Source: Candidatus Kapaibacterium sp.
Lineage (GTDB): Bacteria; Bacteroidota; Ignavibacteria; Palsa-1295
NCBI GenBank assembly: GCA_038229915.1
Contig: JBBRNY010000001.1
Location: 102,891-166,890 of the forward strand
Direction of reading: 5' to 3'
Length of the DNA: 64,000 bases
The position numbers and the translations under genes were made by a program. The notes beneath the pieces are model-generated. The model was not told the DNA's origin, searched no databases, and was given only the letters and a program-made list of their open reading frames with translations. Of this stretch, positions 58,232 through 64,000 are shown piece after piece; the first letter of the stretch is position 1, and the number at the start of each line of letters is the position of its first letter.

Positions 58232-60256
58232 GTGGATATTTCGATCATCATTGTCAATTACAACGTGCGCGAGTTTCTTCGCGGCGCGCTCGAAAGCGTG
58301 CGCCGTTCGCTCGCGGGTGGTGGTTTGACGGGTGAGGTATTCGTTGTTGACAATGCTTCTCGTGATGGCAGTGTCGATATGGTCAGAACTTCCTTTCCGG
58401 AAGTCAAGTGCGTTGCGCTCGAACAAAATCTTGGCTTTGGCAAAGCAAATAATATTGCGATGCGCGAAGCAACCGGCGATTATTTGCTCATCCTCAACCC
58501 TGATACTATTCTCGGTGAAGATACACTTCGCGTGATGGTCGATTTTATGCGAAAGAATCCGAATGCGGGGCTTTCGGGATGCAAGCTCTTGAATGCTGAT
58601 GGTTCATTTCAGGTTTCTTGTCGTCGTGGTTTTCCTACACCGTGGGCAAGTTTTACCAAGCTCTTCGGATTGTCGTCGTTCTTCCCGAATTCGCCACGAT
58701 TCGCACAATATAACCTGACCTATTTGCCTGTTGACGAGACGTATGAGATCGACGCATTAGCTGGTGCATTTATGATGATGTCTCGTAAAGCCTATGAGAC
58801 TGTGGGTGGTTTCGACGAAGAATTTTTTATGTATGGTGAAGATCTCGATCTTTCTTTCCGAGTAAAAAAATCTGGGTTCGGAGTATTTTATGTCCACTCC
58901 ACTTCGACGGTACATTTTAAGGGAGAATCCACTCGTCGAAGTGCGATCAACGAGATAAAAGTTTTTTACGAAGCGATGCATATCTTTGTGCATAAGCATT
59001 ACGGATCAAACCCGTTCTTTACCATCCTCCTTCGCTTGGGCATCAGTCTTCGCTCGCTCGTCGCTTTGCTGAAAAAACATCGTGGCGCATTGGTGCTTGC
59101 ATTTGGTGATCTGATACTGACAATGCTTACGGTTCTGGGTGTAAGCAAATATTTGCTTGGAGATTGGTTTGGGCTTCCGTCGATAGATTATCCTTGGGCA
59201 TTATTAGTGCCGGCATTTCTTGTGCTGTTGGTATTGATGCTTGTCGGCTCCTATTCTCAGGGCGAACGTCGCAAAGCCAAGCCCGTATTAGTCGCGATGC
59301 CTGCGGCTCTCATTATGCTTTCGTCGATCACGTTTTTCTTTAAGGAAATACCTTCGAGTCGAACACTTCTATTATTGATGACCGGCTCTTGGTCGGTGGC
59401 GATGATATTCTATCGGTATCTGCTTCGTGGTGCTGACCGTATTCGTTATGGCGGCGAGGGTACGGCACAACCGATGCTTCGCAATACACTGATCGCAGGG
59501 ATCGGGGCGGAGTCAGAACGTATCGCAACACTATTGCTCTCATCAGGTTTTATCCGTCGTTATCGTTTGGTTGGTTTTGTTGATTCTGATCTCTCGCGTC
59601 TTGGTCAAGAAGTGGTGGCTGGCATTCCCGTCAAAGGCGACCTTGCGATGCTTGCAAGAATAATCCGTGAAGAAAAAATATCACAGGTGATCTTTCCGGC
59701 AGATGCTTTTTCGTATTCGGATATGTTGTTAGCAATGCAAGCTGTTTCGGGCGATGAATTGACAGCTGAAGTAAGTTTTAATGTCGTACCACAAGCGAGT
59801 GATGTGTTGCTTTCACGATCGAAGATCGAACTGATCCGTCCGGCAGAAAGCCCGGAGTCGCTGGCACTAATGCCGCTTGAATATAACATTCAACGAATGA
59901 GCCATCGTGTGGCAAAACGGATCCTCGATATTTTCGGTAGTGTGGTCGCATTTCCATTGGTATGGCTCGGATCGATACTATTCCGTAAAGCTGATTTGCG
60001 AGAATTATTAGGAAAATTAGGGTCAGTTTTTATGGGGAAGCAATCTTTAGTAGGTATCAGATCGACAGGTGCTGACGACCGAAAATATGCCAAAATCGGG
60101 CTTGTAAGCCTCTCTGACGTGACTTCCGGACCTGTTTCAGGCTTGCTCAGAAGCGAGGATATCGACCAAATGAATCTCTATTATGCCCGACACCACTCAA
60201 TTTCTATGGACATCGAGATCTTATTAAGAAAATTGTTTACGAACAAAACGGTCTAA
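58232..60256 (+). CDS. Fusion protein: N-terminal GT2 glycosyltransferase, central polytopic membrane region, C-terminal degenerate WbaP-like sugar-transferase domain
   Basis: GT2 core (ISIIIVNYN, VVDNASRDGS, YGEDLDL). Four to six TM helices. The C-terminus aligns to both ends of the PGT domain (RILDIFGSVVAFPL... / ...GKQSLVGIRS...DIEILLRKL) but lacks the ~60-aa catalytic core present in the bona fide WbaP at 54869. GTG start. Confidence 0.55.
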   Translation: MDISIIIVNYNVREFLRGALESVRRSLAGGGLTGEVFVVDNASRDGSVDMVRTSFPEVKCVALEQNLGFGKANNIAMREATGDYLLILNPDTILGEDTLRVMVDFMRKNPNAGLSGCKLLNADGSFQVSCRRGFPTPWASFTKLFGLSSFFPNSPRFAQYNLTYLPVDETYEIDALAGAFMMMSRKAYETVGGFDEEFFMYGEDLDLSFRVKKSGFGVFYVHSTSTVHFKGESTRRSAINEIKVFYEAMHIFVHKHYGSNPFFTILLRLGISLRSLVALLKKHRGALVLAFGDLILTMLTVLGVSKYLLGDWFGLPSIDYPWALLVPAFLVLLVLMLVGSYSQGERRKAKPVLVAMPAALIMLSSITFFFKEIPSSRTLLLLMTGSWSVAMIFYRYLLRGADRIRYGGEGTAQPMLRNTLIAGIGAESERIATLLLSSGFIRRYRLVGFVDSDLSRLGQEVVAGIPVKGDLAMLARIIREEKISQVIFPADAFSYSDMLLAMQAVSGDELTAEVSFNVVPQASDVLLSRSKIELIRPAESPESLALMPLEYNIQRMSHRVAKRILDIFGSVVAFPLVWLGSILFRKADLRELLGKLGSVFMGKQSLVGIRSTGADDRKYAKIGLVSLSDVTSGPVSGLLRSEDIDQMNLYYARHHSISMDIEILLRKLFTNKTV

Positions 60257-60297
60257 GGTGTGTTGTGTTTGTGTTCACTTTCACTACAAAAACGACT

Positions 60298-60996
60298 ATG
60301 CAACTACGGTCATTCATTCTATTGGTAATGTTGGCATTATGCCCGACATTGGTACTTGCACAACGGACGATCACCGTGATGGGTGATGGCCATGCAGAAG
60401 CAAAGCCTGACTATGCCACCGTCACAATGATGCTTTCGGCACAAGACTTCACTGCGCAGGGAGTATTTGATAAAGCCGGTGAAAACACGACTCGTTTATT
60501 GAAGTCGTTCGCCGATGCGGGAATTGCGGCAGCAGATGTTCAGCAGCAGGGAGTCGCACTCAACCCAAGCTATGATTATTCCGGTGGCGGCGGAGCCCCA
60601 CCTCGATTAGCAGGCTATCACTTGATGAGTACCTATGTTATTAAAGTAAGGAATCTGAAACAACTTCCGAAAGTCATCGATCTTGGTACCCTTGCCGGAG
60701 CATCGAATGTTGCTCTATCGGGTTATGGTGCTGCTAATAACGATGAGTTAGAAGAAAGTGCGACAAAAAAAGCACTTGCCGAAGCTCGCGAAAAGGCAGA
60801 AAGACTTGCCGAACAAATGGGCGGCAAACTTGGCGAAATACTTTCGATCACCGATGCTGAAGCCGCTGGTGGTATGGGGGCGATGGGCGGTGGTGAACGT
60901 GAGGAAGAAGAGCACCGTGGAATGATCGTTGCAGGATCGAACTCGCAAAAGATCAGCAAATCGGTTGAATTGAAAGTGACATTCTTAGTAAAGTAA
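60298..60996 (+). CDS. SIMPL/DUF541 (YggE-like) periplasmic protein
   Basis: Signal peptide; general SIMPL pattern with C-terminal ...[10 protein letters not shown]; Gly/Glu-rich insertion. Confidence 0.6.
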   Translation: MQLRSFILLVMLALCPTLVLAQRTITVMGDGHAEAKPDYATVTMMLSAQDFTAQGVFDKAGENTTRLLKSFADAGIAAADVQQQGVALNPSYDYSGGGGAPPRLAGYHLMSTYVIKVRNLKQLPKVIDLGTLAGASNVALSGYGAANNDELEESATKKALAEAREKAERLAEQMGGKLGEILSITDAEAAGGMGAMGGGEREEEEHRGMIVAGSNSQKISKSVELKVTFLVK

Positions 60997-61013
60997 GCAG
61001 GACAACGTTTTTT

Positions 61014-61982
61014 ATGGCGACTACTACGCTGGAATTTGAAAAGCCGATCACCGATCTCGAAGCAAAGATCGAAGAGATGCGCTCGCTTGGCGAGTCGGTT
61101 GATCTTTCCGAAGAAATTGTAATGATGGAGCAAAAAGTCGAAGGGCTTCGTCAGGAGATATTCGATAATCTTACAAGGTGGCAGCGTGTACAGCTTGCGC
61201 GACACCCCGAACGCCCATATACATTAGATTATGTAAACGCCTTAACGCCTGATTTTATGGAGCTGCATGGTGATCGTGGCGTTCGCGATGATCCGGCTAT
61301 CGTTGGCGGGTTTGGTACGATCGAAGGTATTGGGAGTGTGTTATTTGTAGGGCATCAAAAAGGACGAGACACCAAACAAAATGTGTATCGTAATTTCGGA
61401 ATGCCAAATCCTGAAGGCTACCGAAAAGCATTACGTCTGTTTAAATTAGCCGAAAAATTTCGTCGCCCGGTCATTTGTCTTCTCGATACACCCGGCGCAT
61501 TCCCTGGGCTTGAAGCCGAAGAGCGCGGACAAGCCGAAGCGATCGCGAGAAATCTTTTCGAGATGTCGAAGCTTGAAGTGCCGATCATCATCGTTGTTAT
61601 CGGCGAAGGCGCATCAGGTGGCGCACTTGGTATTGGAGTTGGTGATCGAGTACTGATGCTCGAAAACTCTTGGTATTCGGTTATCTCACCCGAGTCTTGT
61701 TCGTCGATCTTGTGGCGTAGCTGGGGCTTTAAGGAGCAAGCGGCTGAAGCATTGAAGCTGACAGCACCTGATCTGCTTTCGATCGGTGTGATCGATCGTA
61801 TCGTGCCCGAGCCTTTGGGTGGCGCGCACCGCGACCCCGACAAGATGTTTGCGACACTTCGTGATGTGCTTGTCGATGAGATCAACAGCCTCAGAACCAA
61901 CGAGCAGTTCGAGCACGGGAAGGCATTAGAACGCCGCGTCAAAAAATTCTCGAAGATGGGATATTGGAAAGACGAAAATTAA
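61014..61982 (+). CDS. accA: Acetyl-CoA carboxylase carboxyltransferase subunit alpha
   Basis: LDFEKPI..LE N-terminus and the carboxyltransferase [21 protein letters not shown]...[15 protein letters not shown] signature. Confidence 0.9.
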   Translation: MATTTLEFEKPITDLEAKIEEMRSLGESVDLSEEIVMMEQKVEGLRQEIFDNLTRWQRVQLARHPERPYTLDYVNALTPDFMELHGDRGVRDDPAIVGGFGTIEGIGSVLFVGHQKGRDTKQNVYRNFGMPNPEGYRKALRLFKLAEKFRRPVICLLDTPGAFPGLEAEERGQAEAIARNLFEMSKLEVPIIIVVIGEGASGGALGIGVGDRVLMLENSWYSVISPESCSSILWRSWGFKEQAAEALKLTAPDLLSIGVIDRIVPEPLGGAHRDPDKMFATLRDVLVDEINSLRTNEQFEHGKALERRVKKFSKMGYWKDEN

Positions 61983-62003
61983 GTTGTCGTTTTCTGTTTA
62001 TTT

Positions 62004-62402
62004 ATGACGCAACATACCACCCGACTTCGAGTTCGATATGCTGACACTGACAAAATGGGTATTGTCTATTATGCAAAGTATCTCGAATATTTCGAGGTAG
62101 CCCGAACAGAATTATTGAGAGAACTCGGCTTGCCGTACCGAGTACTTGAAGACCAAGGCTTTGCGCTTCCAGTTGCTGATGCTTCAGTCAAATATTTCAG
62201 AGGAGCTGTCTATGACGATGAACTCCTTATTACCGCGACCATCACGCCAAACAACTCGCCAAGACTTGAGATCAGTTATACCATTCTTCGTTCGGATGAT
62301 AATACGTTGATCGCTGAGGGAACAACAACACTTGTTTTTACTGATGGCAAGAGCGGCAAACCGGTTCGCCCACCGAAGAGCTATCTTGACGCTGTTTTAT
62401 AA
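62004..62402 (+). CDS. ybgC: Acyl-CoA thioesterase (YbgC/4HBT hot-dog family)
   Basis: VRYADTDKMGIVYYAKYLEYFEVARTE pattern with the conserved Asp. Confidence 0.75.
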   Translation: MTQHTTRLRVRYADTDKMGIVYYAKYLEYFEVARTELLRELGLPYRVLEDQGFALPVADASVKYFRGAVYDDELLITATITPNNSPRLEISYTILRSDDNTLIAEGTTTLVFTDGKSGKPVRPPKSYLDAVL

Positions 62403-62417
62403 GATATTAGCGTTTGT

Positions 62418-62470
62418 GAATGTAAGCTCTGAATGTTAGCTCTGAATGTAAGCTCTTTTCAGAATGTTAT
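62418..62470 (+). repeat. Three tandem 13-bp direct repeats (TGAATGTAAGCTC, one with a T substitution) plus a partial fourth copy
   Basis: tgaatgtaagctc tgaatgttagctc tgaatgtaagctc ttttcagaatgtta. Confidence 0.7.
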
Positions 62471-62496
62471 TAGAGATAATATAAAAAAATAAAGTT

Positions 62497-62697
62497 ATGG
62501 AAATCGCAGGAAAAGAATATGAGATACTGGTTCGCCGACGCGGTGAAACCGGGTATTCGGCATTTTGTCCCCAATTGGAGATCATCGTCAATGGCACAGC
62601 GCACCAACAGGTTGAAGAGAAAATGAAACTGTTGATCGTTGAAGCGGTTGCGAAACAGCAAGGCGCGACGGTTACACCTGAGAAGTCAGCATCATAA
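62497..62697 (+). CDS. Small HicB-like (UPF0150/YcfA-fold) protein, orphan
   Basis: 66 aa. The pattern EYEILVRRRGETGYSAFCPQLEIIVNGTAHQQVEEKMKLLIVEAV resembles HicB-family antitoxin N-domains. No HicA partner is visible. Confidence 0.35.
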   Translation: MEIAGKEYEILVRRRGETGYSAFCPQLEIIVNGTAHQQVEEKMKLLIVEAVAKQQGATVTPEKSAS

Positions 62698-62715
62698 CGC
62701 GCTACGCCGCGAACA

Positions 62716-64000
62716 ATGACCCATACACGCTATGCAACGGTTGCGCTCCCGCTTACCTTTAAATATCATAGTGGTGGTTTCGACGGACTGACCTATTCCA
62801 TCCCCGAAGAATTTTTTTCTCTCGCACTCGTCGGCACTCGTGCCGTTGTTCCGCTTGGCAAACGTTCGGTCACCGGGGTGATCGTTGCTATTGCCGATAC
62901 TGCTCCATCAGATATTAAAAATATTCGTCCGCTGATCGATATTCTTGATAAGCAACAAGTCTTCGATCAATCATTTCTTGCCTGGAGCAAATGGATAGCG
63001 ACGTATTATTTATCGTCGTGGGGCGAGGTGCTCGAAGCCGCATTGCCACAGGGTTTGCGAGCTGAGACAAAAAGCAAGGTGATCGCGATCACGCAAGATA
63101 TGTCCCGCGAGATCATCGAGGTGTCTGACCGCTCAAAAAAACGCGCGGAAGTACTAAAACGGGTAGTACAATATCCGAACGGTGTTTTTATTACACACCT
63201 TGCGAAGCAAATAAAAATTTCCGGTTTGTACGCACATATTCACGCACTCGAAGCAGAAGGGTATGTTCGAGTTGTTTCCCAAGAGAATATCCACTCAAAG
63301 CCAAAGATTGAGCGTGTCGCATTGCTTGGCGAGCAACTTGTTGGTAACTCGGCGGCACTATCGAATGCATTAGTCGAGCTCGAACGATCACCAAAGCAAG
63401 CGAAGGTATTATTAAAACTGCTCGAACAGCACCAGCTCTCGCCCGATGAGCCGCATAGTGTAAAATTACTCGAAGCAGAAACAGGGGCAACCGCAACGGT
63501 AATAAATACACTCGCAAAAAAAGGATATATCCGTTTTGCTCAACGCGAGATGCGATATGAACTCAAGCATAGTCTTGTGAGTGATACTATTGAAACGCTT
63601 GAACATATTTCGCTTACCGGTGAACAACAGGCCGCAACTGATGCGATCGCGAGTTCATTGACCAAGAATGAAGCAAGAACCTACTTGCTTCACGGTATTA
63701 CCGGTTCGGGAAAAACCGAAGTGTATATCACCCTTGCCAGACAAGTGCTTGAGCGCGGCGGCGGTGTATTAGTGCTGGTGCCAGAAATATCACTCACGCC
63801 TCAATTGATCGAGCGTTTTCAAAAACGACTCGCACAAGTCGGTGCAACAAAAATATCAGTTCTGCATTCAAGAATGTCGAACGCAGACCGAATTGCTTCT
63901 TGGAATGCATTAGCCCGAGGTGAAACAAAGATCGCTATTGGTGCCAGAAGCGCGGTCTTTGCGCCGGTGCAAAATCTACAACTCATTATTGTTGATGAAG
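62716..64000 (+). CDS. priA: Primosomal protein N' (PriA helicase), 3'-truncated by the window end
   Basis: Manual translation of frame 1 gives the PriA N-terminal 3'-DNA-binding domain (VALPLTFKYHSGGFDGLTYSIPEEFF...VPLGKRSVTGVIV) and later the Walker A motif LLHGITGSGKTEVYI at ~63690. No stop before 64000. Confidence 0.8.
   Translation, partial: MTHTRYATVALPLTFKYHSGGFDGLTYSIPEEFFSLALVGTRAVVPLGKRSVTGVIVAIADTAPSDIKNIRPLIDILDKQQVFDQSFLAWSKWIATYYLSSWGEVLEAALPQGLRAETKSKVIAITQDMSREIIEVSDRSKKRAEVLKRVVQYPNGVFITHLAKQIKISGLYAHIHALEAEGYVRVVSQENIHSKPKIERVALLGEQLVGNSAALSNALVELERSPKQAKVLLKLLEQHQLSPDEPHSVKLLEAETGATATVINTLAKKGYIRFAQREMRYELKHSLVSDTIETLEHISLTGEQQAATDAIASSLTKNEARTYLLHGITGSGKTEVYITLARQVLERGGGVLVLVPEISLTPQLIERFQKRLAQVGATKISVLHSRMSNADRIASWNALARGETKIAIGARSAVFAPVQNLQLIIVDE

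Noticed and set aside
62418-62470. Possible CRISPR array
   Set aside because: There are only three 13-bp direct repeats with no spacers, no cas genes and no leader. It is a short tandem repeat, not a CRISPR.
62497-62697. Complete HicAB toxin-antitoxin pair
   Set aside because: Only a HicB-like small ORF is present. No HicA-like (about 60 aa, dsRBD-like) ORF is adjacent in any frame, so it is reported as an orphan at low confidence.
63191-63517. 108-aa minus-strand ORF near the window end
   Set aside because: It lies antisense within the PriA coding frame, which shows clear PriA motifs, so it is spurious.

Overview
This ~64 kb chromosomal window comes from a Gram-negative bacterium of the FCB group (Bacteroidota/Ignavibacteriota/Chlorobiota-like). 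Three secreted proteins end in T9SS-type C-terminal sorting domains, LpxC and FabZ are fused into one ORF, and the large intergenic regions carry TAnnTTTG-like promoter boxes. GC is about 45-50% overall, with one AT-rich island. Content in order: lpxA and lpxC-fabZ (lipid A); two paralogous CpoB/YbgF-like TPR lipoproteins flanking an outer membrane protein (OMP); LivK/H/M with no ATPase genes; a HIT protein; a small T9SS cargo; CPD photolyase; a NamZ-like DUF1343 protein; a ~33% GC foreign-looking secreted-protein gene; rpoN; bacilliredoxin; ugd and uxs; a 720-aa bi-domain oxidoreductase; a 982-aa T9SS cargo; an RRM/hemerythrin/TerC operon; and a 1151-aa Thr/Asn/Gly-rich repetitive secreted protein with highly biased codon usage, preceded by six copies of a TTCGTATATTTG promoter-like motif. 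Then come flavin reductase, coaX, birA, aspartokinase, a lipoprotein, nadC and a heptose-7-P kinase. From 38.3 to 60.3 kb a ~22 kb all-plus-strand Wzx/Wzy-type polysaccharide locus runs in this order: nucleotide-sugar dehydrogenase, wecB, wza-like, OMP, Wzz-like, two GT-C proteins, Wzy-like, Wzx, GT2, GT4, GT2, WbaP, DegT, a polyprenyl-P-sugar synthase, and a GT2 fused to a degenerate phosphoglycosyl transferase (PGT) domain. After it lie SIMPL, accA, a thioesterase, an orphan HicB-like ORF preceded by 13-bp tandem repeats, and 5'-complete priA running off the window end. No rRNA, tRNA, CRISPR, transposase or integrase was recognised by eye. Coordinates of short motifs may be off by 1-2 nt; CDS coordinates follow the ORF track, with starts adjusted in-frame where an internal ATG fits better.
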